Below are positions 38,742-48,708 of a stretch of DNA of 64,000 nt, piece by piece (the first letter of the stretch is position 1; every line of letters starts with the position of its first letter). Under the pieces are notes generated by a model. The model searched no databases. It was given only the letters and a program-made list of their open reading frames with translations, and was not told the origin of the DNA. This stretch comes from an uncultured Syntrophaceae bacterium (GTDB lineage: Bacteria; Desulfobacterota; Syntrophia; Syntrophales; PHBD01). A program made the translations under genes and the position numbers. The stretch covers positions 52,562 to 116,561 of the forward strand of contig CAZLFA010000001.1 in the NCBI GenBank assembly GCA_964558665.1, in the 5' to 3' direction.

Positions 38742-39032
38742 ATGGTCGAGAAAGATTTGGAAAACATAAGAACGCAGATTTCTCATATAGACAATCTTAA
38801 ATTATTATCGCCCTACGACAATGAATTCAAGCTCTGGCATGAAAAGACGGAAATGCTGATCGTGAAGATTTTCGGCGGGCATTCACACCAGAGACAGGCT
38901 TTTCAGGGCATCATTTATACACCTCTTTTCCTTTCCTGCAGATGCAGCGACACTGTATTTAGTGACGCTTATCTGGAAGGACTGAAAGAAGCCGGAAAGC
39001 TTCTGGAGTCGTTTACCGGGATGGTGAAGTGA
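38742..39032 (+). CDS. Small hypothetical protein
   Basis: GAGG RBS, ATG 38742, stop overlaps the next gene's start. Confidence 0.65.
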   Translation: MVEKDLENIRTQISHIDNLKLLSPYDNEFKLWHEKTEMLIVKIFGGHSHQRQAFQGIIYTPLFLSCRCSDTVFSDAYLEGLKEAGKLLESFTGMVK

Positions 39033-40039
39033 TGGATTCATTGATCAAGGAGATAGCCGGCGACTTTTATTCAATAACTCTGCCCATGCCTTTCCGCCTC
39101 AAACATGTTCATGTATATGCCCTTGTTCACAACGGCAGGATAGCTCTTTTTGACACAGGTTTGAACACGCAGAATACGTTTGATGATCTTCAGGAGGCGC
39201 TTGCGGTTATCGGCAGAAGCAGCGCGGATATTGAAAAAATATTCATAACGCACTACCACGCCGACCATTGCGGAATGGCGGGAAGGATCCAAAAGGATTC
39301 CGGCGCTTCAATCGGCATGTCCGATATCGATGAGCGGTTTTTGATCATGAACAGCCGGGATGACGTCTTTGAGAGCCGCATCAGGCCATTTTATCTGAGG
39401 CATGGACTGGCCGGGGAAACAATCGATTTTCTGGATCAACTGCGCAAAGGATTTATAAAAAAAGCAATGTCGCCATTTCGGGTTGATTTTCATCTGCGGC
39501 CTCATTCGCAACAGACCTTTGGAAACAGAACATTTCAGGTGATTCCTGCTCCCGGGCACACGAGAGGACAGGTCTGTTTCTATTTTCCCGACGAGCGCCT
39601 TCTGCTTTCAGGAGACCATGTCCTGCCGGAGATTACGCCGAACCTCGGACCTGATCTTTTCCATCCGGACTTTTTCCCACTGGAAAGTTTCTTAGGGGCA
39701 TTGGAAGACATGAAAGATATGGCCGCAGATAACGTCTATCCGGCCCACGGGCAGCCTTTCAACGATCTGCGCGGGCGTATAGAGGAAATAGAGGCACATC
39801 ATCGCGATCGCAAATCGCTTGTCACAGATGCCATAGCGCAGGGAAACGATACGGCCCTTCGGGTTTCGCTTGCTGTCTTCGGTTCTGATTTGCCTGAATT
39901 TGATCAGTTCCTGGCTCTGAACGAGAGCTACGTGCACATCGTGCAACTGGTGAAGGAAGGGCTTGTCCGCGCTGAGGATAGCGATGGACGTACTTTCTTC
40001 AAAATTAATGAGAGAACGACTTCAGGTTGCAGATTTTAA
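39029..40039 (+). CDS. MBL-fold metallo-hydrolase
   Basis: LFDTG, THYHADHCG, PGHT.G, SGDHVL, PAHG. Confidence 0.9.
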   Translation: MMDSLIKEIAGDFYSITLPMPFRLKHVHVYALVHNGRIALFDTGLNTQNTFDDLQEALAVIGRSSADIEKIFITHYHADHCGMAGRIQKDSGASIGMSDIDERFLIMNSRDDVFESRIRPFYLRHGLAGETIDFLDQLRKGFIKKAMSPFRVDFHLRPHSQQTFGNRTFQVIPAPGHTRGQVCFYFPDERLLLSGDHVLPEITPNLGPDLFHPDFFPLESFLGALEDMKDMAADNVYPAHGQPFNDLRGRIEEIEAHHRDRKSLVTDAIAQGNDTALRVSLAVFGSDLPEFDQFLALNESYVHIVQLVKEGLVRAEDSDGRTFFKINERTTSGCRF

Positions 40040-40675
40040 CTGGCGCGCGGTCTTTATGGCTTTTCTTATAAGCAGACCGGCAGAGCGGATCGCCTCCCTG
40101 TCTTCCGTGACGCCAAGCTTTGTCGTTTTATAGGAAAGGTCATCATTCATCCTGCCGGAGACAGCGCCGACCCCGAAAATGGCGCCTGCTGCATGAACCG
40201 AGGGGGTCCACATCTCATGCAGGAGAAACGCGTTGTGCATGCTCTCCAGAGTGGTTTCAATGCCGCCGTTTCTTGTCCACGCAACAGTCATGGCTATGCC
40301 CACCTTGCCTCTGAGCGCGAGATGCCCCATTTTGCCGAAAATGAAGCAGCGCGTCCTGTCGATGAGACAGGCCATAGTCCCGGAAAGTCTTGCGAAATAA
40401 ACAGGAGAGGCTAATAGCAGTATGTCGCATGCCAGGATTTGCTGAAGAATCCTTTCAGCGTCATCGGCTATGCTGCAAAGTTTGTCAGGTGTCTGCTTTC
40501 TCATGCACCAGTTGCAGTGTATGCAGTCGGATATCTTCAAGCCGGCAAGATCGATACGTTCTATGGAAATGTCCTTTTCTTTTACTGCAGAATCGAGCGC
40601 GGCATCGAGCAGACAGGAGGTGTTGCCCTTTTTGATGGGGCTGGAATTAATGGCCAGAATCTTTATCGTGGTCAT
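40022..40675 (-). CDS. Iron-sulfur flavoprotein / NADPH-dependent FMN reductase family
   Basis: NSSP.K.GNT, CIHCNWC-x9-C, LASPVYF, IDR. Confidence 0.8.
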   Translation of the reverse strand: MTTIKILAINSSPIKKGNTSCLLDAALDSAVKEKDISIERIDLAGLKISDCIHCNWCMRKQTPDKLCSIADDAERILQQILACDILLLASPVYFARLSGTMACLIDRTRCFIFGKMGHLALRGKVGIAMTVAWTRNGGIETTLESMHNAFLLHEMWTPSVHAAGAIFGVGAVSGRMNDDLSYKTTKLGVTEDREAIRSAGLLIRKAIKTARQLKSAT

Positions 40676-41610
40676 GTTGCCTCATCTGGTTTGTTTTGCC
40701 TTTTGTCAATGCAGAAGTTGCTTCCCCTGGTCCGCTTGGCGAACTTTTTCATTTCAGAAGCGGCTTCGGTAAGAGCTCCATAGTGGGAGTATGACCTTGT
40801 CCTCGTTTCGGTGATACCTATGGAAATTCCTATGATCGGGAATGTCCTCAAAACACCCTGACGGTCGACCGCTTCTATATGGCCCCTTTCCTTGTCATCC
40901 TGATCATAGAAGGTCGGTATAATGCTGTCAAAGGCGCTTATGATCCTGCCGGAAGTTTCCTCTACGAGATCCACATCCATGATATAGATAAAATCGTCAC
41001 CCCCGATATGGCCGATAAAGCTGTTTTGCGGCTGCATGCTCTTTACAATATTCAGAACGAGTCTGCCCGTGATCTTGATGACATCATCTCCCCTGCTGAA
41101 ACCGTACTTATCGTTCAGAGGTTTAAAATGATCGAGATCCGCATATGCAAAGGCAAAAGTTTCTTTTCTGGCAAGTCTCTCTTCGATCTGGCGATTTATG
41201 GATATATTGCCGGGGAGCCTGGTAAGGGGGTTTATCTCCACTATGCGTTCAGAACGGAGCATGGCCAGATTAAATCTGGCAGACAGCTCTTTTTCGAGAT
41301 CTCTTTTCCATATAAAATCCTCAATGAACAGATTTGTCACGTCTGCAACCTGCGAAAGCTCTTCCAGTATGGCAAGGATGGGAAGCTGGCTGAACATGGG
41401 ATCGCCTTTCAGGTTGCTGATGTGGGATGCGGCATCCTTATCGCTGCTGCTGATATCGATTATGATCAGATTGGGTATAGAGTTGTAGATGAAATCGATT
41501 GCAGAGGGGATGTTACGGAAAATTACAGTTTGGTGTAAAGGGCTGATGGTTCTGTCGGCGATATTGGTGGCCACTATGTCTTGAGAGACGATAACGACGG
41601 TTTTCATCAT
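40672..41610 (-). CDS. Diguanylate cyclase (degenerate receiver plus GGDEF)
   Basis: NPLTRLPGN, DLDHFK..ND.YG..GD, GHIGGDDF, SIG. Confidence 0.9.
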   Translation of the reverse strand: MMKTVVIVSQDIVATNIADRTISPLHQTVIFRNIPSAIDFIYNSIPNLIIIDISSSDKDAASHISNLKGDPMFSQLPILAILEELSQVADVTNLFIEDFIWKRDLEKELSARFNLAMLRSERIVEINPLTRLPGNISINRQIEERLARKETFAFAYADLDHFKPLNDKYGFSRGDDVIKITGRLVLNIVKSMQPQNSFIGHIGGDDFIYIMDVDLVEETSGRIISAFDSIIPTFYDQDDKERGHIEAVDRQGVLRTFPIIGISIGITETRTRSYSHYGALTEAASEMKKFAKRTRGSNFCIDKRQNKPDEAT

Positions 41611-42446
41611 TAAAGGGTCAGTTCTCCCGTGGCGTCTGTGGACTCGTCTATTTTGACGAGGATTTCTTTGATATCGATATCTGAAAGACTTAATATTTCA
41701 AATGCCGTGTTGTTCACAACGGGAACAAAAGGATCTCCGGCAAATCCTACTCCCCTTGCACGCACAAGAATGTCCGCCATGTGTACTACGGCTGTTTCCA
41801 TAGGCGCTATCTTGGAGAGGTTGGGACTGTGATGATAGGCGATCACCTCTATCAGGTTCTTCGGGAAGCGCCACTTTTCAGACAGCCATAAGCCGACATT
41901 GGAGTGAGGATCACTGAAAGTGACTTTTTCCGCTTCATATATCGATATCGCCTTTTCCCGTGACACCTGCAAAGCAGCTTCATACTGTTCCTGGTATTCC
42001 AGCATGAGAATCACCTTGCCCAGATCATGCAGCAGACCGGCAATTGAAATCTCTTCCGGATCCTTAATCCCCTTCTTTTCCGCTATGGCTCTTGATGCAA
42101 CGGCACAACCCAGGGAATGGTTCCAAAGACCGGACATGACTTTTTCCATGATTTCAAAAACGGATATGCCCAGGAGCAATCCCTTCACAACATTCAGCCC
42201 CAGGAGCATGATCGCGTGAGACACAGATGATATTCTGCCGGGAAAACCGTATGCCGCGGAGTTGACCATCTTCAGGACTTTTGTAGTCAATGCCGGATCA
42301 TTGGAAACAAAATGGCTGATCTCGTCCAGAGTAATCCTCGGCTTTTCAATTATCGCCGATATTCTCTTCAGCATGCCGGGAACAGTCGGCAGTGCAGAGA
42401 TGTTTTCGATTCTGGCACGATGAACCTTCGTTACCTGGTTAGCCAT
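41610..42446 (-). CDS. HDOD domain protein
   Basis: LPT.P, DPALT.KVLK.VNSA.YG, A.M.LG, GLLHDLGK, W.FP..L...I..HH. Confidence 0.9.
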   Translation of the reverse strand: MANQVTKVHRARIENISALPTVPGMLKRISAIIEKPRITLDEISHFVSNDPALTTKVLKMVNSAAYGFPGRISSVSHAIMLLGLNVVKGLLLGISVFEIMEKVMSGLWNHSLGCAVASRAIAEKKGIKDPEEISIAGLLHDLGKVILMLEYQEQYEAALQVSREKAISIYEAEKVTFSDPHSNVGLWLSEKWRFPKNLIEVIAYHHSPNLSKIAPMETAVVHMADILVRARGVGFAGDPFVPVVNNTAFEILSLSDIDIKEILVKIDESTDATGELTL

Positions 42447-42735
42447 ACAAACCCTCAATATATTCTTTCAGGACTTTTTTAATAAAGCCCATGTGGGGCT
42501 GATCTTCGACAGGCTGAAATCTGGCATCGAGCAGCGACAAGGCCTCATCTTTTGGAATCGGCTGCACGGTGGGACCGTCAATATAAATGGCCTCAATACT
42601 CATATCCTGTATGCGCTCTACCCATTTTTCAGTCAGCACGGTGCCCTCACTCAACAGGACCATGCCGTTCTTGTCAGTGATCGGCTTTACCAATTTCATT
42701 CCGACTTCGATTTTATCTATGGGTATTCTAGGCAT
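42439..42735 (-). CDS. Small protein resembling the N-terminal extension of HD-GYP proteins
   Basis: I.IDKIEVGM.L...I....G.VLL..GT.LT...I..I......IYI pattern. Confidence 0.7.
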   Translation of the reverse strand: MPRIPIDKIEVGMKLVKPITDKNGMVLLSEGTVLTEKWVERIQDMSIEAIYIDGPTVQPIPKDEALSLLDARFQPVEDQPHMGFIKKVLKEYIEGLYG

Positions 42736-42918
42736 AGCAAAGACCTTATATTGATGACTGCAAAGGACCATATCCTTTTTTTATTAAAAAAACAATCATT
42801 ATTGGCAAACGTTTTAAAGACTTTTCTCATTATGACATGAATTTCTGTTGACAGATTGTTTTAGAAGTTCTATACAGAAACCCGCTGAAAATACAGAAGC
42901 TGAAGGTTTGATCTGAAC

Positions 42919-42999
42919 ATGTTGAACACCCCGAACAGCATTATCATTATTGGCGGTATAATTAGGCCCGGATACATAGGTGGCCTGATGGGGGTGTAG
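42919..42999 (+). CDS. Ile-rich attenuator leader peptide (26 aa)
   Basis: MLNTPNSIIIIGGIIRPGYIGGLMGV*, with 7 Ile including a run of four. Lies between a TTGACA (42848) promoter candidate and the terminator. Confidence 0.8.
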   Translation: MLNTPNSIIIIGGIIRPGYIGGLMGV

Positions 43000-43024
43000 C
43001 GTTTATATACATAAATGAGTTTAA

Positions 43025-43062
43025 AATCCGTTATCAGGCAGACTGGTAGCGGATTTTTTTTT
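43025..43062 (+). terminator. Attenuator terminator hairpin upstream of cimA
   Basis: AATCCGTTATCAG-GCAGA-CTGGTAGCGGATT (13 bp, 2 G:U) running into a 9-T tract at 43054-43062. Confidence 0.8.
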
Positions 43063-43080
43063 GACCGGAAAGGATGGGAT

Positions 43081-44709
43081 ATGAAAACAGCGGATGTTTT
43101 GATTTATGACACTACACTGAGAGATGGCACGCAGGGGGAGCAGATCAACTTTTCCGCGGAAGAGAAGATGCGGATTGCTCAACGCCTTGACGAGATGCAT
43201 TTTCATTATATCGAGGGAGGATGGCCGGGGTCCAATCCAAAGGACATGAGGTTTTTCGAACTTGCCAAAACAAGGCATTTCAGGCATGCGCGCCTTACTG
43301 CATTCGGCAGCACGAGGAAGGCCGGTGTCGGACCCGGTGAGTGCTCCAACATAAAAGCCATTCTGGATGCCGCCACACCGGCTGTGGCGATTTTCGGCAA
43401 AACATGGGATTTTCATGTCACGGATATCCTCTGTGTATCTCTGGAAGAAAATCTTGCCATGATCCATGAATCCGTCGCCTATCTGAAGTCAAAAGGCAGA
43501 GAGGTGATTTACGACGCGGAACATTTCTTTGACGGCTATAAGAACAATCGCGAATATGCTCTGAAAACCATAACCGGGGCTCTTGAAGCCGGAGCCGACA
43601 TGATTGTCCTCTGTGATACCAACGGAGGAACCCTCCCTTACGAGATTTCTGCAGTAATCAGGGACGTTTCTTCCCTGATACCGCTGAAGCGGATGGGCAT
43701 TCATGCCCATAACGACAGCGGATTGGGTGTAGCCAACTCACTGGCAGCCATACACGAAGGTGTGAAGATGGTGCAGGGCACCATTAATGGTTATGGAGAG
43801 CGATGCGGAAATGCCGACCTGATAACGATTATGGCAAATCTGCAATTAAAGATGAACAGGCGTTGCCTGCCGGAATCGTCATTAAGACAGCTTACTTCGC
43901 TATCCAATTATGTAAGCGAGGTGGCCAACATTCCGCCCCTTAATTCAAGACCCTTTGTAGGGCGAAGCGCCTTTGCCCACAAAGGCGGCGTCCATGTCAA
44001 CGCTGTCTTGAAAAACTCGGCGGCTTACGAGCACGTCGATCCGGAGACCGTCGGCAACCAGCAGCGCGTGCTGGTTTCTGATCTGGCAGGCAAGAGCAAT
44101 ATCGAGTATAAGGCCAGAGAGCTGGGTATCGACCTTACCAGCGATGATTCGGTAAGCCGGAAAATTGTCCAGCAGATAAAGCATATGGAGGATGAGGGGT
44201 ATCAGTTTGATGCCGCTGAGGGAACTCTTTCACTGCTTATCAAGAAGATTACGGGAGAGTTTAAGGAACCGTTCACTCTGGAATGTTTTCATGTAATTGC
44301 CGCGAAAATGGGAAATGAAAGGTCAACGGCACAGGCAACAATCAAGATTTCCGTCGGCGACGAGGAGGAACTTACCGCAGCCGAAGGCAACGGGCCGATT
44401 AATGCCCTTGACAATGCGCTGAGGAAAGCACTCACCAAATTTTATCCGCAGATAAAAGAGATGCACCTGGTTGATTTCAAGGTAAGAATAGTTGAGGGCA
44501 GCGAGGGAACCGCAGCGAAGGTCAAAGTTACACTGGAATCCAAAGATGAGCAGGACATCTGGAGCACCATCGGAGTCTCGGAAAATGTTATTGAGGCCGG
44601 CTGGTATGCCCTGGTGGACAGTATTCAATACAAATTGAGCAAAGACAGGGTCAACAAGAACACAAAAACAGGAATAAAAAGAACCAGGCTACAGACTGCG
44701 CGGCATTAG
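43081..44709 (+). CDS. cimA: Citramalate synthase (CimA, Geobacter-type LeuA paralogue)
   Basis: YDTTLRDGTQGE, YIEGGWPGSNPKD, IFGKTWDFHV, YDAEHFFDG, LCDTNGG, HAHNDSG, GYGERCGNA, C-terminal regulatory domain. Confidence 0.9.
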   Translation: MKTADVLIYDTTLRDGTQGEQINFSAEEKMRIAQRLDEMHFHYIEGGWPGSNPKDMRFFELAKTRHFRHARLTAFGSTRKAGVGPGECSNIKAILDAATPAVAIFGKTWDFHVTDILCVSLEENLAMIHESVAYLKSKGREVIYDAEHFFDGYKNNREYALKTITGALEAGADMIVLCDTNGGTLPYEISAVIRDVSSLIPLKRMGIHAHNDSGLGVANSLAAIHEGVKMVQGTINGYGERCGNADLITIMANLQLKMNRRCLPESSLRQLTSLSNYVSEVANIPPLNSRPFVGRSAFAHKGGVHVNAVLKNSAAYEHVDPETVGNQQRVLVSDLAGKSNIEYKARELGIDLTSDDSVSRKIVQQIKHMEDEGYQFDAAEGTLSLLIKKITGEFKEPFTLECFHVIAAKMGNERSTAQATIKISVGDEEELTAAEGNGPINALDNALRKALTKFYPQIKEMHLVDFKVRIVEGSEGTAAKVKVTLESKDEQDIWSTIGVSENVIEAGWYALVDSIQYKLSKDRVNKNTKTGIKRTRLQTARH

Positions 44710-44746
44710 GTACTTTCCATTAAAGCTTATTTTTTCCAGTTAAGCA

Positions 44747-44775
44747 TTGATAATCCGCAATTCTTCTGGTACATT
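44747..44775 (+). promoter_or_regulatory. Candidate sigma70 promoter
   Basis: TTGATA, 17 bp, TACATT with an extended TG. Confidence 0.5.
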
Positions 44776-44819
44776 ACCCCCCGATTTTGTTATGCGTTAC
44801 ACCCGCATTCGGTAAATAT

Positions 44820-45428
44820 ATGTTATTCTCTGTGAACAATCAAAACCCACAGATGCGCCTCATCAGAAAGGCCGTGGATATCCTGAAAAACGGAGGCATT
44901 GTAATATACCCTACCGATACCGTCTACGGCATGGGGTGCGACCTCTTTAACAAAAAGGGAATTGAAAAAATTTACATGATTGCGCAGAGACATAAGCAGC
45001 AGCCCCTGAGCTTCATCTGCGCGGACCTGAAAGATATAAGCCATTATGCCCGTGTATCAAATTACGCTTATAAAACCATGAAACGCCTCCTTCCGGGACC
45101 CTATACGTTTATTCTGGAGGCATCGAGACTGGTTCCGAAAATCATTCTTCCCAAAAGACAGACAACAGGCATCCGGGTCCCGGACAACCCTATATGCCGT
45201 GCCCTGGTTTCTGAATTCGGACAGCCGGTCATCAGCACGAGCGTAAAAGATGCAAACGATGAACTGATGAGTGATCCCCGGGAAATCGAAAGACGATTCG
45301 GGCATTGTGTGGATTTGATAATTGACGGCGGCATTCTGGTTCCGGAGGAATCGAGCGTGATAAGCCTGGTTGATGATGCCGCGGAAATAATAAGAACAGG
45401 AAAAGGCGACGTGTCGGCCTTTCAATAG
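44820..45428 (+). CDS. Sua5/YciO/YrdC family protein (threonylcarbamoyl-AMP synthase-like)
   Basis: YPTDTVYG.GC, LLPGPYTFIL, TGIRVPD, STS, SSVI.L. Confidence 0.85.
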   Translation: MLFSVNNQNPQMRLIRKAVDILKNGGIVIYPTDTVYGMGCDLFNKKGIEKIYMIAQRHKQQPLSFICADLKDISHYARVSNYAYKTMKRLLPGPYTFILEASRLVPKIILPKRQTTGIRVPDNPICRALVSEFGQPVISTSVKDANDELMSDPREIERRFGHCVDLIIDGGILVPEESSVISLVDDAAEIIRTGKGDVSAFQ

Positions 45429-45480
45429 AATAAGGTGAGTCACAGGCAGATTGCCTGAGGTTCCCGGAAGGATGGCAGTA

Positions 45481-47367
45481 ATGAAGCAGATGTTGATCAA
45501 TGCCGTGCATGCTGAACAGAAACGCATGGCGATAGTGGAGAATGGCAAACTAGTGGAGTTTAACATTCAGATGTCCGTGAAAGAACCGATCACGGGAAAC
45601 GTTTACAAGGGTGTGGTGCAAAAGGTGGAGCGGGGTCTCCAGGCGGCCTTTGTAAACTATGGAGGCAAAAGAGACGGATTTCTGCCTTTGCGGGATGTCA
45701 GCAGCGAGTATTTTACGGAACAGCGGGAAAACGGAAAGACATCGCTGAAAATCGGGCAGGAAGTCCTTGTTCAGGTTGTAAGAGAGGTAAGTGAGCGAAA
45801 GGGCGCACTGTTGACAGCCTACATCTCGCTGCCCGGCAGATACCTTGTCCTTTTGCCTAATAAGCAGAGCAGCGGCATATCCAGAAAAATAGAGGATGAG
45901 GAAGATCGCAAAAGGCTCAAGAATCTGGTGGAGCAGATCAAGCTTGATGAGGGAGTCGGATTCATCGTCCGCACCGCCGGCATGAACAGAACCAAGCAGG
46001 AGCTGTCACGTGATTACCAGAACCTGTTAAAGCTTTGGAAAGAGATTCAAAAGCGGACCAAGACCGTGCCTACACCATCACTTATCTATCAGGAGAGCGA
46101 TTTTGGAATCTGCTCACTGAGGGACTATTTTACCTCAGAGATCACCGATATTCAGGTGGATGATCTGGACACTTTCAAAAAGATGCGTGAATACTGCAAG
46201 GTTGTCGTCCCCAAGACGGCAAAGATCATCAGGTTGTATAAGGAAAAGGCCCCGATGTTTGATCAATATAACCTTGAAGAACAGATCCGCATTATCTACC
46301 AGGAAAGAGTTGATCTGAAATCGGGCGGATATATTATCATCAGCCCCACGGAAGCCATGATAACCATCGATGTCAATTCCGGAAGGGCATCCAATAAGCG
46401 TAATGTTGAGGAAACGGCCTTCAAAACCAATCTGGAGGCTGCCGAAGAGATTGCACGTCAGCTTCGTTTAAGGGACCTTGGAGGATTGATAGTTATTGAT
46501 TTCATCGATATGATGGATCGCAAGCACGACGCAGAGGTGGAGAAGGCCTTCAAAAAGGCGCTTACCGTTGACAGGGCGCGCATTCAGTTGTCCCGCATTT
46601 CGAAATTTGGAATCCTGGAACTCTCCAGACAGAAGAAACAGCCGACCATCCAGGAAATCAGTTATACCGTCTGTCCCCTGTGCAATGGCCGGGGTGTCAG
46701 GCCTTCTCTTGAATATACGGCGCTCAGCGCCTTCCGCAAGGTTGAGTCGCAGGTGGTTAGAGGCAGTTATCTTTCCATTAAAGTGACATTGCCTCATGAA
46801 GTTTCCGACTATCTGCTCAACCAGAAGCGCAGTGAGATAATAAAACTGGAGACATCCTATGATACTGCAATACATATTTGCGGCAGCCCCGACGTTCCAT
46901 GGGATATGCTGAAGATGGAGTATATAGGAAAAACCTCTTCCCGGGATTCATTGCCGGAGGGAGCGGTTGATGAATCTGTCGGCATTACGATAGAAGATTT
47001 GTCAAAGGATGATGGTTTTATTACGAAGGAGCAATCGGCTTCAGCGGAGCCTTTGGCAGAACCGCCTAAAAAGAAATCGAGGCGCAGATCCCGCGGGAAG
47101 AGAAGGAGAGGCGGTGATCGGCAAAATGCTCAGAAAACCGGAGCGGCTGATGATTCATGGGAAGCGGATGCAGGGGCTGATTTTGATACAAAAGCAAAAC
47201 AATGGGGTGTTTCGGACAGTCCTGACGTCAACGTGGCGACAGATGCCTACTCAAATACCGACGGCGACGAAACCGTTTATGATAATCGTCTGTACAGGGA
47301 AAGCAGTGATGAAAAGAAAAGCCATGCCTCTTACATGGTCGAAATGATGAAAATTTTTGATAAGTGA
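45481..47367 (+). CDS. rne: Ribonuclease E/G family
   Basis: GNVYKG.V..V..GLQAAFV, KGALLT..ISLPGRYLVL, IDVNSG, QLRLRDLGG.IVIDFIDM, CPLCNGRG, Arg-rich/acidic tail. Confidence 0.9.
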   Translation: MKQMLINAVHAEQKRMAIVENGKLVEFNIQMSVKEPITGNVYKGVVQKVERGLQAAFVNYGGKRDGFLPLRDVSSEYFTEQRENGKTSLKIGQEVLVQVVREVSERKGALLTAYISLPGRYLVLLPNKQSSGISRKIEDEEDRKRLKNLVEQIKLDEGVGFIVRTAGMNRTKQELSRDYQNLLKLWKEIQKRTKTVPTPSLIYQESDFGICSLRDYFTSEITDIQVDDLDTFKKMREYCKVVVPKTAKIIRLYKEKAPMFDQYNLEEQIRIIYQERVDLKSGGYIIISPTEAMITIDVNSGRASNKRNVEETAFKTNLEAAEEIARQLRLRDLGGLIVIDFIDMMDRKHDAEVEKAFKKALTVDRARIQLSRISKFGILELSRQKKQPTIQEISYTVCPLCNGRGVRPSLEYTALSAFRKVESQVVRGSYLSIKVTLPHEVSDYLLNQKRSEIIKLETSYDTAIHICGSPDVPWDMLKMEYIGKTSSRDSLPEGAVDESVGITIEDLSKDDGFITKEQSASAEPLAEPPKKKSRRRSRGKRRRGGDRQNAQKTGAADDSWEADAGADFDTKAKQWGVSDSPDVNVATDAYSNTDGDETVYDNRLYRESSDEKKSHASYMVEMMKIFDK

Positions 47368-47600
47368 AAGAAGCCCCTCCCATTATCCCGGAGTATGCAA
47401 TAGAACGTACAGACACTTGGATAAGTGAATACTATCCCGGTCAAAGGGGTTTTCAAGCGGCGAATCAAATATTTTTCTTGTGAAAAATATTCTGAGCCGC
47501 GGAAAGCCTTTTTGACCAGAATGCCAGAGGGTATTACTTTTTTATCGCGTAATCCTGGATACTCTTTCGGTATTTGATTGCAGGGACCAGATAAAAACTA

Positions 47601-47637
47601 TGCGGAAAAGATTTTCCGTTTGAGAATCTTTTCCGCA
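47601..47637. terminator. 13-bp inverted repeat between convergent rne and proC (probable terminator)
   Basis: TGCGGAAAAGATT-N11-AATCTTTTCCGCA. Confidence 0.5.
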
Positions 47638-47676
47638 GATTATCAAAACCCGAAGCCCCGGGATTTGCCGGCCGGA

Positions 47677-48492
47677 TTATTTTTTACCCAATTCCTTTGA
47701 TCTCAAGGTGGCTGCTTCAACGGCCGCCATGAGAGTGCCCCGAAGCCTGCCTTCCTCAAGCTCCTTGATTCCGGCGATAGTGGTTCCTCCGGGAGAGGTT
47801 ACCATGTCTTTAAGTTCTCCGGGATGCTTGTTGCCGGTCAGATAGAGCTTTGCGGAACCCAGCATGGTTTGTGCAGCCAGTTTCAAGGCGATGTCTCTGC
47901 TCAGCCCCATCCTGACGCCGCCGTCCGCGAGAGCTTCTATCATGATGAAAAAATATGCCGGTCCGCTGCCGCTGAGTCCGGTCACGGTATCAATCAGATC
48001 CTCTTTGACAACGACGGAAGAACCGACGGCATTGAATATAAGACCGGCGATTTCAAGATCATCGTCAGATGCCTTGTCGCTTTTCGCCAGGGCGGCTATT
48101 CCTTCCCCCACAAGCGCCGGAGTGTTGGGCATGGTGCGGATGATGCGCATCCCTTTCTTCAGATGATCCTCGATGAATTTGATGGCAATGCCTGCCGCTA
48201 TGGAGATGACGATTTTGGTTTTGTCTATGGCGGGAGATATTGCCGTGAGTATCTCGGCCATGTTCTGCGGTTTGACCGCCAGAATGATCAGGTCGCACTC
48301 TCTTGCTGTCTTGAGATTGTCGGACGTGGTCCTGACATGATAAAGCCCCTCCAGCTCTTTCAGCCTTTTTGCATCCACATCCGATATCATAATATCCTTA
48401 GCGGGGATCAAATTTTTCGACACAATGCCGCCTAGTAAAGCCCCCCCCATTTTTCCTCCGCCGATAAATCCTAATTTCTTCCCCTTCAGCAT
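47677..48492 (-). CDS. proC: Pyrroline-5-carboxylate reductase
   Basis: GFIGGGKMG, LAVKPQ, SIAAG, R.MPNTP, SGSGPAY, V.SPGGTTI.G. Confidence 0.95.
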   Translation of the reverse strand: MLKGKKLGFIGGGKMGGALLGGIVSKNLIPAKDIMISDVDAKRLKELEGLYHVRTTSDNLKTARECDLIILAVKPQNMAEILTAISPAIDKTKIVISIAAGIAIKFIEDHLKKGMRIIRTMPNTPALVGEGIAALAKSDKASDDDLEIAGLIFNAVGSSVVVKEDLIDTVTGLSGSGPAYFFIMIEALADGGVRMGLSRDIALKLAAQTMLGSAKLYLTGNKHPGELKDMVTSPGGTTIAGIKELEEGRLRGTLMAAVEAATLRSKELGKK

Positions 48493-48708
48493 AGAGATCC
48501 CTCCTTTATGAAAGTGTCCTGCCATAACCTTAAAAAATACGGCAGACAATGAACCTTTAGCAAAAACCCCTTTTAATTGTGGAGGTTATATTTCATTGTT
48601 TCCTGCCTTATGTCAATATGATTCTTTTGCGATGCATCAATAATTCTTGACAACAGAGTGATATCAATTTTACATACCTGCTGAAAAATAAGCGTAAAGG
48701 GAGGCCTT

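Noticed and set aside
43015-43080. ORF-track N-terminal extension of cimA (MSLKSV...)
   Set aside because: It runs through the terminator hairpin. The family N-terminus and RBS fit ATG 43081.
47370-47454. Possible nested hairpin RNA after rne
   Set aside because: The helices are short (5-8 bp) and discontinuous, and match no RNA family I recognise.
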